From Octopus bimaculoides (Eukaryota): a stretch of DNA of 64,000 nt. The notes under the pieces were generated by a model. It was not told where the DNA came from and made no database searches. It saw nothing but the letters and a program-made list of their open reading frames with translations. The stretch is from assembly GCF_001194135.2 (NCBI RefSeq), contig NC_068987.1:102014854-102078853 (forward strand), in the 5' to 3' direction. Each line of letters begins with the position of its first letter. Position 1 is the first letter of the stretch. A program made the position numbers and the translations under genes. This document shows positions 12,780-25,986 of the stretch, in pieces.

Positions 12780-13080
12780 AAGAGAGAAAACAAGAGAGAG
12801 AGAGAAAACTAGAGAGAGAGAGAGAGAGAGAGAAAACAAGAGAGAGAGAGAGAAAACAAGAGAGAGAGAGAGACAACAAGAGAGAGAGAGAGAAAACAAG
12901 AGAGAGAGAGAAAACAAGAGAGAGAGAAAACAAGAGAGAGAGAGAAAACAAGAGAGAGAGAGAAAACAAGAGAGAGAGAGAGATAGAGAAAACAAGAGAG
13001 ATAGAGAAAACAAGAGAGATAGAGAAAACAAGAGAGAGAGAGAGAAAACAAGAGAGAGAGAGAGAGAGAGAGAGGGAAAA
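12780..13080. repeat. (GA)n-AAAACAA compound minisatellite
   Basis: Repeated gagagagagaaaacaa units of variable GA length. Confidence 0.95.
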
Positions 13081-13327
13081 AGAGAGCAATGGTGAGAGAG
13101 ACGGGTGGAAGAGTGATACAGAAAGAGAGGGAAAGTGTGTGTTTCGTGTTTCTTATGATATGTGTGTTTATATGTGTGTGTGTGTGTGTCTGTGTGAGTG
13201 AGAGGCAAAGAGAGTGAGTGGAGAGAGGACGTATTTGATTACTACATGCTATCAGAGTTTTCGGCATAGAAAGATTAGAGAAGTGAGAAGAGTGAGAGGA
13301 AGAGAGAAAGAAAGAAATAGCAAGAGA

Positions 13328-13359
<32 letters not shown>

Positions 13360-13525
13360 CAGACAGACAGAGAGAGTGAGAGGAAGAAAGAGAGAACTTG
13401 TTTGTTTACAACATGGTTATGAGGTATCTTTCTGGTAGCCTGACTGACTACCAGAACATTATCTGAATCAAACTCACTTTTTTTTAAATAGTGTCGTATT
13501 TTATTCAGATCGGTTCGAGCAAAAG

Positions 13526-13593
13526 TATGTAACGATCAATATTATGTAACGATCAATATTATGTAACGATCAATATTATGTAACGATCAATAT
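13526..13593. repeat. 17-bp tandem repeat x4 (tatgtaacgatcaatat)
   Basis: Four perfect copies read directly. Confidence 0.97.
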
Positions 13594-13606
13594 TAAAATG
13601 TTAGTT

Positions 13607-13822
13607 AAAGCGGCAAGCTGGCAGCATTGCTGCTTTCCGGACAAAATGCTTAGCGGTATTTCGTCCGTCATTACGTTCTGAGTTCAAATCCCACCTAGGT
13701 CTACTTTCTCTTTCATCCTTTTTGGGTCCTTAAAATAAATGTCAGTTGAACATTGGATTCAATGTAATCGTCTTACCCCTCCCCACAAATTTTAGGCTTG
13801 TGCTAACATTTGAAACCAATAT
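13607..13822 (+). mobile_element. SINE family A, tail type 1
   Basis: gcggcaagctggcag...aaatgcttagcggtatttcgtccgtc...ctgagttcaaatccc...tttcatcc...ccctccccacaaatt...cttgtgct. Confidence 0.85.
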
Positions 13823-14279
13823 TAAAAGGTAAGTTATTTCTGCGTTGTTCCTCCTCATGCTATGACGTCACGATTTCTTTGAATTACAGTAATGAAAAAA
13901 TACATCACACTGGTTCCGAATTTCTAAACTAATTGTTCACAGATAAGATTTCTACACTGCAGCACAGCCATAGCTTTAGTCCATTCCTTGAAATTTCTAC
14001 TATAGATTTCATTTGCATTGAGATACATATTTCATGCTTTCTGGCCATTTCTGGAACTGATATGAATTTAATGAAAAAATAAAAACACAAAAAAATACAA
14101 TAATTTATTCTGCAGGAAAATTCATTATCGTTCTATAAAATTTTTTTCCTTCATCAAATTTTATGTAGATGGAATGAGAACAGAAAACAGAATTTCAATG
14201 TATATCTGTGCGTTGAACATTCAACTCAAATTTTCCCTCCGTCTTTATTTGAACTGCCGGTTCAGTATCCGACGTGAGC

Positions 14280-14760
14280 GGAAAATCGTTCTCTTCGGGC
14301 AGTTAGAATGTCACATGAAAACTTTCCAACGTCATCTAGTTGGCCAGTGCCATTTCATGATTGATCTTTGAAGTATGACTTTCTAACAATAGCTCGAGCA
14401 CAATTTTTTCCTTCTCTTTAACAAAGAGTGCAAATGCTGGTTCTTATTTGGATTGTCCGCATCTCTCACTTCATTTCAGTGATTCATTGCATTTCTGTCA
14501 CAAACATTGGCTTTTTTTTCAGTACATATTTTTCTGTGTATTTTTCTATTTTCAAGTCATATTGTTTCAAGTTTCCTATTTCTAACATAAATATCTCATA
14601 TGTGATCTTACCGAAGTTTCCCTTTTATAAACTTTTACCCCATCTCGTTTTTTAAAACCAAGACAAAATCTTAGACAGTTTTCTGTGGACAACCAATATC
14701 TTCCGCCAAATTCTCTTCGATTAATTTATAGAAAATTTCATAAACCTTTTCATTATTTTA
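14280..14760 (-). mobile_element. Tc1-like transposase relic (frameshifted, stops)
   Basis: Hand translation of the minus strand gives AEDIGCPQKTV, RKLETI*LENRK, ANVCDRNAMNH*NE and GQLDDVGKF in colinear order. These match the Tc1 paired-HTH region and the start of the DD34E domain. Confidence 0.7.
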
Positions 14761-15123
14761 ATTAAAAACACTCTTGTTGGAGCCGAAACTCCTTTCACTT
14801 CACCAACTCCAGAATGTCTGAATGCAAGGCCTCATTTGCATACTCATTTGCATTTTTGTATCTGTAGTGGTATTGATTTTAGAAATGTAAATTACAGGCG
14901 ATTGCATATAAAATTCTTTCTTTCAGTTATGTTTCATGAAACCACAATTTTCATCTTTTCAACGTAAATTGTTTTGAGTCATATTGGAAATTATCGTTTC
15001 TACTATACTATCAACATCTAAGTAGATATCCGCCAGACTGTAGAGATTCAATAAAGTCTGATACGGTTGTGTAATTTCGAGTAAATGAACGACACAGTCT
15101 TGTCACGTATGTGTATAGGTTGA

Positions 15124-15368
15124 CCGGTAATAAAGTCACAGGAAAAAAGTCACAGCAATAAAGTCACAATTTTGGCTAGATAAAATAAGTTTCAGGAAAA
15201 TAATTCACAATTAATTCATGCTGGTAGGTAATGAAGTCTCAGGAAAAAAGTCACAATTAGTTTATGGGATCTGGACAAACTCCACCTAAGACAAAACTCT
15301 CTCGGACAAAAGTCCCCCGGACAAAACATCAGTGACTTTTTTTCCTGTGACTTTTTTTTTCTCACCTG
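15124..15368. mobile_element. MITE-like element (about 245 bp) with subterminal repeats
   Basis: Left end ccggtaataaagtcacaggaaaaaagtcac; reverse complement of the right end ccaggtgagaaaaaaaaagtcacaggaaaaaaagtcac. Internal repeats aaagtcaca and ggacaaaa. Confidence 0.75.
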
Positions 15369-16294
15369 GATTCGTGAATGGAATACTCAGATAATTCAGA
15401 GGCCGGTAATTCAGTTGATCGAATACTTTAATCTTCATTGTTTTTGTTTTTCCCTTCCAACACAGAACGTCAAAAGCTTGTAATTTAGTTGCTAATTTTC
15501 GTACTCAGGGTTTGTTCGAACTCCAGACGTGCTAGAAGAAAGAGTAGCACACGACTGAAAGTTTTTCAAGAATTAAATATCTTCTGATATTGTCTGGAAC
15601 ATCTATGCGAGATTACACTATCACTCGTATATCTATCAGAGAAAAAGAACTTACGGTCCGATTTCATTGTAAATTAGAGTGCAAAGTGCACAACATATAC
15701 GATAAGTAAAGCATGTACGAAAGTGTTGCTATGATAGGTGCTGAAATTCAACTAGTGCAAAATTATTGAGTGTGATAAGTGTAAATCAGGACAGCAATGC
15801 TGTTCTCAAAAACTGACGACGTTTTGTGTAGCACACAAATCACTTATATTATAGGGGAAGCTCTAGAGAATAGCCCCAAATTTTCCATCTAAAGAGCGAT
15901 GCTCTCGCGCGAAGAATAGACGATACGTGAAATTTGGTCAATTGCTTATAAACGAAGCGCAGATATCTCCCCACCACCAAAAAAGAAAATGCACACACAC
16001 ACGCATGCATATACACGTACAGGCGTACGCACGCACAAGCACACACATACACCCACACTCACACACACTGACGCACAGTCACACAAAAACAATCACACAC
16101 GCACACAAAAGCACACCTCATCATTAATTTGAAGAGCTACTGAATTGGAGACGGTAAGTTTTCTCAGGAATAAATATTTAAAACATAATTACTCGTTTTA
16201 CAGTTTTCATGAAAAATTTCCTGAGTTCTTTCAGGATTTCTGATGTTTTTGATCTTTGATTCCACACACACCCCCGCAAACACACACACACGCA

Positions 16295-16395
<101 letters not shown>

Positions 16396-16690
16396 ACACG
16401 TGTATATTTGAATATGTATATATATGTTACATATATCTATACTTATATCTATCTATGAATACACAAACATACACACACACATACACACACAGTTGAATTG
16501 GAACTGCGTCAGCGACCATGTCACATCAGAACGGAAGTACAGACATCCCAAGATATAACGAAATGTGAAGTTAATAGTTTTTGTAAGATTTTAGTTGTCT
16601 ATAATTGCCGTTGTATTGAGACACTACCTCAAATCTAACTCCATGGTCACAGCAAAAATTTCTTATGCATACAAACACATATAACTACAC

Positions 16691-16727
<37 letters not shown>

Positions 16728-16738
16728 CACACTTACAA

Positions 16739-16775
<37 letters not shown>

Positions 16776-17274
16776 CGAACACACCCGTTCTCAGATACAC
16801 AGGCCTATAAAGACGTACATCGATATATCTGAGAGAATGAGAGAGGGTTGCAATGTATAATATTTGACAGTTCGTATTTCTCGATTGCGTCTTTTTATGC
16901 GACTCAAAAGATACGTTTTATATCGTCCAGTCAAAAGCTATCAAAAGCAGTTTATTGTGCGGATACTACATGGAGTATTAATAGCAGCAATAACACCAGC
17001 CTTAGCAGCAGCAGCAACAGTAGTAGTAGTAGTAGTAGTCAGATGTGTACAGTTCCGGTACAGTTTTCTTTTATGAGGTACCCTCTTCTCTCTTACTCGA
17101 CGTTTGTTGTTTCGGTAAAGTGATATGTTTAGGAATGAAACACCCTTTAAGAAAGTAAAATAACACGTTAATAGATGCCGCATCACCGCGCGATACATTG
17201 CTGTTTGTCGTATACATACGTACAAACATATATATATATATATAATACATATATATACGTGCATATATGAATAC

Positions 17275-17311
<37 letters not shown>

Positions 17312-18235
17312 NNNNNNNNNNNNNNNNNNNNNNNNNNNNNNNNNNNNNNNNNNNNNNNNNNNNNNNNNNNNNNNNNNNNNNNNNNNNNNNNNNNNNNNNN
17401 NNNNNNNNNNNNNNNNNNNNNNNNNNNNNNNNNNNNNNNNNNNNNNNNNNNNNNNNNNNNNNNNNNNNNNNNNNNNNNNNNNNNNNNNNNNNNNNNNNNN
17501 NNNNNNNNNNNNNNNNNNNNNNNNNNNNNNNNNNNNNNNNNNNNNNNNNNNNNNNNNNNNNNNNNNNNNNNNNNNNNNNNNNNNNNNNNNNNNNNNNNNN
17601 NNNNNNNNNNNNNNNNNNNNNNNNNNNNNNNNNNNNNNNNNNNNNNNNNNNNNNNNNNNNNNNNNNNNNNNNNNNNNNNNNNNNNNNNNNNNNNNNNNNN
17701 NNNNNNNNNNNNNNNNNNNNNNNNNNNNNNNNNNNNNNNNNNNNNNNNNNNNNNNNNNNNNNNNNNNNNNNNNNNNNNNNNNNNNNNNNNNNNNNNNNNN
17801 NNNNNNNNNNNNNNNNNNNNNNNNNNNNNNNNNNNNNNNNNNNNNNNNNNNNNNNNNNNNNNNNNNNNNNNNNNNNNNNNNNNNNNNNNNNNNNNNNNNN
17901 NNNNNNNNNNNNNNNNNNNNNNNNNNNNNNNNNNNNNNNNNNNNNNNNNNNNNNNNNNNNNNNNNNNNNNNNNNNNNNNNNNNNNNNNNNNNNNNNNNNN
18001 NNNNNNNNNNNNNNNNNNNNNNNNNNNNNNNNNNNNNNNNNNNNNNNNNNNNNNNNNNNNNNNNNNNNNNNNNNNNNNNNNNNNNNNNNNNNNNNNNNNN
18101 NNNNNNNNNNNNNNNNNNNNTCTCTCTCTCTCTCTCTCTCTCTCTCTTGCTTTTTCATTTACTCCTTCAGACCAATCTTTACACTAATTTTCCGCCGTAA
18201 CATTTCTTTCTCTGTTTCACTCTCTGTACCCGCTG

Positions 18236-18289
<54 letters not shown>

Positions 18290-20691
18290 CATCTATCCAT
18301 CTATCCATCTATCTATGTAACTGTTTATGCCTCTGTGCTGTGCGTACACCTATAAATACACATGAAAATTTGNNNNNNNNNNNNNNNNNNNNNNNNNNNN
18401 NNNNNNNNNNNNNNNNNNNNNNNNNNNNNNNNNNNNNNNNNNNNNNNNNNNNNNNNNNNNNNNNNNNNNNNNNNNNNNNNNNNNNNNNNNNNNNNNNNNN
18501 NNNNNNNNNNNNNNNNNNNNNNNNNNNNNNNNNNNNNNNNNNNNNNNNNNNNNNNNNNNNNNNNNNNNNNNNNNNNNNNNNNNNNNNNNNNNNNNNNNNN
18601 NNNNNNNNNNNNNNNNNNNNNNNNNNNNNNNNNNNNNNNNNNNNNNNNNNNNNNNNNNNNNNNNNNNNNNNNNNNNNNNNNNNNNNNNNNNNNNNNNNNN
18701 NNNNNNNNNNNNNNNNNNNNNNNNNNNNNNNNNNNNGTGTCACATGCATTGAAGAATTAGACTTTCGTTTTATATTATTTCTAATGAATTGGAATATCCT
18801 TGATTCGAATATCATCAAAACTGGAGAGTAAGAAATTTTAATGAGGATTATTTCCCTCTTTACACACCCTAAGAAAAATTCTAATCATGACATATTTATC
18901 CCATACTACTTATCTTTATGCCCAGATTCCAAAATCCAAATCCTATAAAACCTATTCAAAGGATTTTGCTGATGAAAAATGGATCACATAGAGCACATGG
19001 CGCTCTAAAATGTGGGAGTCAAGACCCCTATTAGGGGTGGGGTCTGATAGTCTACCAGAGAAGTTGAATTTTGGGGAATATTTTTTAACTTGTGTCTAAT
19101 ATCAATTGTTCAAATTTCTTTGAAATCGGAATTATATGAATGTTCACTGGGTTTGTAAAAGAGAGCAAAGAAAGCTACAGGAAACCAAAAGACGAATGAT
19201 CACAATAAGCAGTCTGCTACTCTACCCAAGTCTTACCACTACCCAATGACGGATTCCTCACGAAACAGATAATCGGCACAGCCGTAAGATGCATTACGGA
19301 TCTATAGCAATTGGAAGGGCGTGACTCAACTCAGATAAACATTAACTACTGTGTGACGTGAGGGCCAAGGGGAAATGGAAGTGTCACCTCTGGAGTTTGC
19401 CAATGATTACTAGGCTGATAGTTAGCTGAACAGTATAAATTTTCCATATATAAATCTCTTTGAATGACCAGTCACTTATCTGGAAAGACCTTGAAAACAC
19501 TGTTACCCTCCAGGGATTATCTCTGACCCAGTGATAATAAAAAAACTCAAAGGAGGTCTGCAACCAAATAACTTTACTCAAAATAACACTTTGCAACTTA
19601 GTCAGGGCAGACAAAGTTGTCTCTTCTTTACTTAACAATTTAAGCACCACATTGCAGAAATCACAACGTAAGTATATCTCAAAGCGAACTCTTACACTGT
19701 TTACATTGCATTACAAATAACTTTCATCTTGCATGCTCGTGTGACTCTACAGCTTCGAAGACTACGATTGTATTTGTCTTGGCTCTGGAAAAATTACTAA
19801 ATTTCAATTGTATCTGACATCTATGGTTAAAATGTCATCAAGAAGTTTATCACTTAAATATATATGAGCATGTCTAGATATGCAAAGATATGCATGAGAG
19901 TACATATATAAAACAAAACATACAATCTGCACATATACATACATACAAACGTACTTACATATATACATACATACAAACAAAAATACGCTATCGTTGAACA
20001 GGTTGAAATTCCAATGAAGGAGCCTTGGATCTAAGTTAGAAAACGGCTCTTTCTCTATTGGCTCGAAATCTTGAAATAAAACCCAAAATGACACATGCAT
20101 GCATACATGAATACATACATACATACATACATACATCCATACATACATACACACACACACGCGCGCATACATACATACATACATACATACATACAGATAG
20201 ACAGACAGACAGATATACAAACAGATATACAGACAGAGAGACATACCTTCATTTAAACTCGTGTTTTTGCATGTCTGTGCAAAACATTGTCATGGTGGTC
20301 TAGAATACACCTGGATATGAAATAATTATCCTTGGAATATTTGCTCAAACATTATTTTCATTCCATCTAAAACATACACCGAACAATGCCTAACTGAGAA
20401 GCCTGAGCATTGTAGAGGTAGGTGATGAAGAAATTAATGCTTTTCACAGTTACAGCTGGAACACATATTGACTATTTTAGCTAAATGGTAACATCAGCTT
20501 CATTACATACAGAAATATTTATTTTCTGCCTTCCAGATGTGATACAAAAACATTCTGATCGAGAGAAAATGGATTAATTCTCTCTCCAGGACAATCTAGA
20601 GGGGCAAAAATATGTGAACTACTCCAGAATTTATTGGTGATATATATCTTATGCGGGAAGAGTAGAATATTTTGATATTTCAGTAACATTG

Positions 20692-20908
20692 AAGCTGGCG
20701 AGGTGGCAGAATCGTTGGCACGCCGGGCGAAATTCTTAGCGGTATTTCGTCTGTCTTTTTGTTCTGAGTTCAAATTCTGCCGAGATCGAGATTGCCTTTT
20801 ATCCTTTCGGGTCGTTAAATTAAGTACCAGTTGCGTACTGGGGACGATCTAATCAACCGGCCTCCTCCCCCAAAATGTCGGGCCTTGTGCCTAGAGTAGA
20901 AAAGAATC
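20692..20908 (+). mobile_element. SINE family A, near full length, tail type 1
   Basis: gctggcgaggtggcagaatcgttggcacgccgggcgaaattcttagcggtatttcg...gagttcaaattctgccgag...ggccttgtgcctagagtagaaaagaat. Confidence 0.9.
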
Positions 20909-21106
20909 GTTAGCACGCTGGATGAACTGCTTAGCAGCATTTCACCCGTCTTTACGTCGTCCGTTCAAAATTTGCCGAGGTCGAATTTGCCTGTCATGCT
21001 TTCAGGGTCCATGAAATTATTATCAATTGAACACCGAGATCGATGTAATCGAAGTACTAGCTTCCCTAAAAAAATCCTGCCCTTGTGCCAAAATTGGGAG
21101 GGATAT
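20905..21106 (+). mobile_element. SINE family A, second tandem copy (more diverged)
   Basis: aatcgttagcacgctgg...gttcaaaatttgccgaggtcgaatttgcc...ccttgtgccaaaatt begins directly at the tail of the previous copy. Confidence 0.8.
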
Positions 21107-21129
21107 TTCAGATACAGCTTCTTTGACAG

Positions 21130-21420
21130 GACGGTCAATTATTATTGGACGGCGAATGAGATCAAGAAATGAATAAAGCGGAAGATTGAGACAGGAAATA
21201 AATCCCAAAATGTTAGCGGAGAATGGATGATAAAGGAAGATCTGAAACATTATTAAGTAGTCTCGGAGATATGGACGTTTGATGATGGTTATGCTGGGCG
21301 TTGCGGAGACGTGTGTGACGTACTTTGAGTAATCCTGAAAGGAAGTGGGTCGTTGTGAAAGCTTGTGGGAAGAATAGCCAACAGTAGAAAAGGAACAGCT
21401 AAGAGAGATGATGCACTTTC
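21130..21420 (-). mobile_element. Possible CR1/L2-type LINE 3' end relic
   Basis: The minus-strand peptide SFIIHSPLTFWDLFPVSIF resembles the SFFPRT..LWN.LP.SVFP C-terminal motif of CR1/L2-group ORF2; heavily decayed. Confidence 0.35.
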
Positions 21421-23047
21421 TAAATTACATCGCGGAAATGTCATATTAACGATTTAAAACACACATAGGCTGTCATATTCAGTTTTGTGTTATTTTCTGA
21501 CAGCAGTAAGCATTTCTCAGTCAAGTGGTTGTTGTGAGATCGCCAATAGAAATATATATATATATATATATATANNNNNNNNNNNNNNNNNNNNNNNNNN
21601 NNNNNNNNNNNNNNNNNNNNNNNNNNNNNNNNNNNNNNNNNNNNNNNNNNNNNNNNNNNNNNNNNNNNNNNNNNNNNNNNNNNNNNNNNNNNNNNNNNNN
21701 NNNNNNNNNNNNNNNNNNNNNNNNNNNNNNNNNNNNNNNNNNNNNNNNNNNNNNNNNNNNNATATATATATATATATATTTATATATATTTATTTATATA
21801 TATTTATTTATATGTATGCGTGCATATATATTAATACATACCTACACACATACATACATACACACACATATATACATATACCAATGTACACTAACATATG
21901 TATATATATACATATATACGTATATATATATTCATATACATATATGTATATGCATATATACATACATACATGCATACATACATATATATATGTGTGTGTG
22001 TGCGTGTTTTATATACATACATACTTACATCGAGGTACACGCTCACAAAGAGAACTTCTATACATTTATATGTGTGTGTTTGTGTATTGTTTTCGTATAT
22101 ATTCACAGCTACACTCAAATCGTATTTCAATTCTTACCATATGTCATCTAATCCCACTCAATATATATCATACCTGTGCAGTTGTCTCTGTTGCTTACAT
22201 TGTCCATACAATTGGATGCTTAGTCGTTTCCCCAACTCTCTTGACTCTCTCTACATTAAACCTATGCGTAGGTCTCTGCATACCGACTTATTCAATTTCC
22301 TTTATGATATGATTCCTATAGAGCTGATCCTAATCACATCTTTCTTCATCATCATCAATTGTACGTGATCCTTTGTATTCACTGACCCTTACTTACTTGC
22401 CTATTACAATATCTCTTAGATATTATCACTCTTTAAAACAGAGAATGAAACCTTTCTAGTCAGAGTAGATAACACGCCTCTGTGTTTCTCCCCAGCTCAT
22501 TGGATTTGCCGCCTTAATGTTGCTACTGTCTGTATATCTTGCGATATATACGCATATGTTTCAATATTCCAAATCGGAGGTACGTAATTCGGTTTCTACT
22601 TGAAGAATTTCTATGATATTCACATCTATCAATTCACGCTACAATTTATGCGTGTACTAATCTATACTCAATCAAAAATATTTTTTTTTATGTGTTTATA
22701 CTCAGCTTAATCCATACTTCCATGGATCTAAAATTAGTTCTATTAAGACTTACTCTTAATACAAAAAGTGATACTTTTGCACAATGAACTTCTAATATAT
22801 GTATGTATTTATGCATGTAAAGCTACATGAATGAAATTATATGTACATGCACGTATGTAATATGTATGTGTGTGCATGTATGTATGTATTTATGTGTGTA
22901 TGTATGTGTGTGCATGTGTTTATGCATGTGCGTATGCATATATATAAATATATACATATAATATATATACAAAATATTTTTATGTATATAGATATATAGA
23001 GATGCCTTTTTAGACATGTATGCATATATATGTGTGTGTACGTATGC

Positions 23048-23099
<52 letters not shown>

Positions 23100-23165
23100 N
23101 NNNNNNNNNNNNNNNNNNNNNNNNNNNNNNNNNNNNNNNNNNNNNNNNNNNNNNNNNNNNNNNNN

Positions 23166-23218
<53 letters not shown>

Positions 23219-24618
23219 TACATATGCGCACACATATGCATACGCACACACGTTCGTTCACAACCATATTCTACAAAGAACGAAGAATAACGAAACAGGA
23301 AAGAATTCATGACTAAATATTTAAACTAATAAATGAATAAATATAAAAGAAAAAAAAATTATAAAAAAAAAAGAACCAATTCACAGGCGTGGATGCAAAA
23401 ATAACGGAACAAAAATCACATCTCCATATTCAAGTGACTCATGTTCTGTAGGACATGTAATTTTATTGATATAACCTCTAGTCTGAATTCTAAGACACAA
23501 TCTTAACCTCAGCAATGATATCATATTACTTCCATCAAACCGCTATCTCCACCCTTCCGGCTTTTATTTTTGGTTTTTGTTGTTGCGTGTTTTATAGATA
23601 CTTAGCAGTCATCCTCCTCTTGGCCTTTCATTACATCACATCCGTCTTAACACCTGCCAACACCTCTCTACTACCGGCATGGAGTCTCCGTATGTGACTT
23701 ACAGATCTGGCAGTGTGATTATATATAAGTATTAGTGCATACATATATTGCACACGCACAGGTCTGTATGTATACGCACGCACATGTGCACACACATGTG
23801 TGCATGTGTGTGTATAAGACAGACATACAGACATACAGAGAGAAGATAGAAAAGAGAGGGAGCGGGGAGAAGAAAAGAAAATTGTTGGATACATTGAAGG
23901 TGCACATATATTTATATCCTCTGAAAGGATATCAATATATGTCTATGGATTTCTGTCTGTTTATTTGTGTATGTATTATGTGAACGTAAATTTGGTGTAC
24001 ATGCAGTTTCATGTCTTTATCTCTATGGATCTGTAAATACAGTTGCAGGTGTATTTCTCTCTTTTGGTATCCATGTGTCTGTGAATATGAGCATGTATGT
24101 TCGTTTGAGTGAGTGTAGAAGTCTCCGCAAGTATACATCTAAGTATATGGAAATATGTTTGTCGGCATCTGGATGCGTATTTGCGTTTTTTTTCTTTTTT
24201 GGTATTCGTGCTTGCATATACGCTTTTATCCAAGTGTATATGTTCATGCATAGTTATGCTTGTCTATGTACATATGTCGGTTTGCATGTGCAAATTCACA
24301 TACGTGTGCGTATACATTTATATCTGAATCTAATTGTGTATGTAAATCATCTATATATGAGCGTGGAAATATGTATATGGATGTATGGATGTATATAACA
24401 CATGTATAAATATATTTGTATTTGTCTTTAATTGTATGAGTAGCTTTCTGGCTGTGCCTGTATTGGACAATGAGTCTAAGAGATACGCATGTATTTGTGA
24501 GATTTTATAAATGTATTTGAGTTAATTTATAGTTTATGTAATCTTATATATTGTCTCTTTGTAAATGACCAGAAATTTAACTGTACGTACATATATGCAT
24601 ACAAAAATGCACGCATGC

Positions 24619-24652
<34 letters not shown>

Positions 24653-25089
24653 NNNNNNNNNNNNNNNNNNNNNNNNNNNNNNNNNNNNNNNNNNNNNNNN
24701 NNNNNNNNNNNNNNNNNNNNNNNNNNNNNNNNNNNNNNNNNNNNNNNNNNNNNNNNNNNNNNNNNNNNNNNNNNNNNNNNNNNNNNNNNNNNNNNNNNNN
24801 NNNNNNNNNNNNNNNNNNNNNNNNNNNNNNNNNNNNNNNNNNNNNNNNNNNNNNNNNNNNNNNNNNNNNNNNNNNNNNNNNNNNNNNNNNNNNNNNNNNN
24901 NNNNNNNNNNNNNNNNNNNNNNNNNNNNNNNNNNNNNNNNNNNNNNNNNNNNNNNNNNNNNNNNNNNNNNNNNNNNNNNNNNNNNNNNNNNNNNNNNNNN
25001 NNNNNNNNNNNNNNNNNNNNNNNNNNNNNNNNNNNNNNNNNNNNNNNNNNNNNNNNNNNNATATGTGTGTGTGTGTGTGTGTGTGTAAA

Positions 25090-25325
25090 TATATAAAAAT
25101 AAAAAGATAAAGAGAGCAATTGTAAGGTTGGAGAAGTATTTTATGGATAGAGTCTTACAGCTGTTTCTGGGAAGTTCCAGTACTTCCCTTCATCGGAGAC
25201 AGAAAAGATAAAGGAATCGATTATTATATCCATAGGCAGATAGTTTTAGTATGAAGTGATATAAAGTGTGATGTGCTGAAAAAGAAAGAGAGAACAGTAC
25301 TTGAAGTGTAGTTTCATTCCAGTAT
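25090..25325 (-). mobile_element. Solo Penelope-like pseudo-LTR fragment
   Basis: Short unit bounded by (TG)n and (TA)n that carries a minimal hammerhead motif; minimal type I hammerheads are an established hallmark of PLE pLTRs. Confidence 0.55.
25152..25200 (-). ncRNA. Minimal type I hammerhead ribozyme motif (U4C variant)
   Basis: Minus strand gtct-CCGATGA-a-gggaagt-actgga-acttccc-a-GAAA-cagct-GTA-agac. Stem I is gtct/agac, stem II is 7 bp, stem III is the palindrome ACAGCTGT, and the cleavage triplet is GUA. Confidence 0.75.
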
Positions 25326-25344
25326 ATATATATATACTTTTTTA

Positions 25345-25860
25345 CACTTTTCTTACTCTTTTGCACGTTTCAGTCATTTGACTGCGTCCATACTGAAGCA
25401 CAGCGTTTAGTAGAAAAAATCGACACCGGGACTTATTCTTTGTAAAGCTAGTAGATATTCTATTGTTTCCTTTACCGAACCGCTAAGTTTTGGGAACATA
25501 AACAAACCAACATCGGTTGGCAAGCGATGATGAGGGGGACAAACAGATACAAAGATACATACACATAGATATATATATATACATATGTATATACACGACG
25601 GCCTTCTTATAGTTTCCTATTTCTTTATTGCCCACAAGGGGCTAAACATAGAAGGGACAAACAAGAACAGACAAAGGTATTAAGTCGATTATATCAACCC
25701 CAGTGCGTAACTGGTACTTAATTTATCGACCCCGAAACGATGAAAGGCAAAGTCGACCTCGGCGGAATTTGAACTCAGAACCTAACGGCAGACGAAATAC
25801 CGCTAGGCATTTCGCCCGGCGGGGTAACGTTTCCTATAGTTTCCGTCTACCCAATCGTGA
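25345..25860 (-). mobile_element. SINE family B interrupted by a family A insertion
   Basis: The B body at 25345-25617 resumes at 25835-25852 (gtttccgtctacccaatc) on the other side of the insert. Confidence 0.85.
25618..25834 (-). mobile_element. SINE family A, tail type 2, with 10-bp TSD
   Basis: Well-conserved A core with tail ...ttagccccttgtgggcaataaagaaata, flanked by the direct repeat tatagtttcc at 25608-25617 and 25835-25844. Confidence 0.9.
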
Positions 25861-25947
25861 TAATAATAACAATAATAATAATAATAATAATAATAAGAGG
25901 GATAAAAATCCAAATTTACAGGTAAAAACTCAATTTTCTCTAAAACG

Positions 25948-25986
<39 letters not shown>

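Noticed and set aside
13430-13456. Perfect 9-bp hairpin (also an 11-bp AT-rich hairpin at 47587-47613)
   Set aside because: Isolated short stems are expected by chance in 64 kb, and there is no supporting context.
13526-13593. CRISPR-like array (also 40561, 45639, 48981)
   Set aside because: Units abut with no unique spacers, the context is eukaryotic, and no cas genes are present.
22130-22400. Second RTE-like 3' end on minus strand
   Set aside because: Only a faint MDNV-type motif; too decayed to support.
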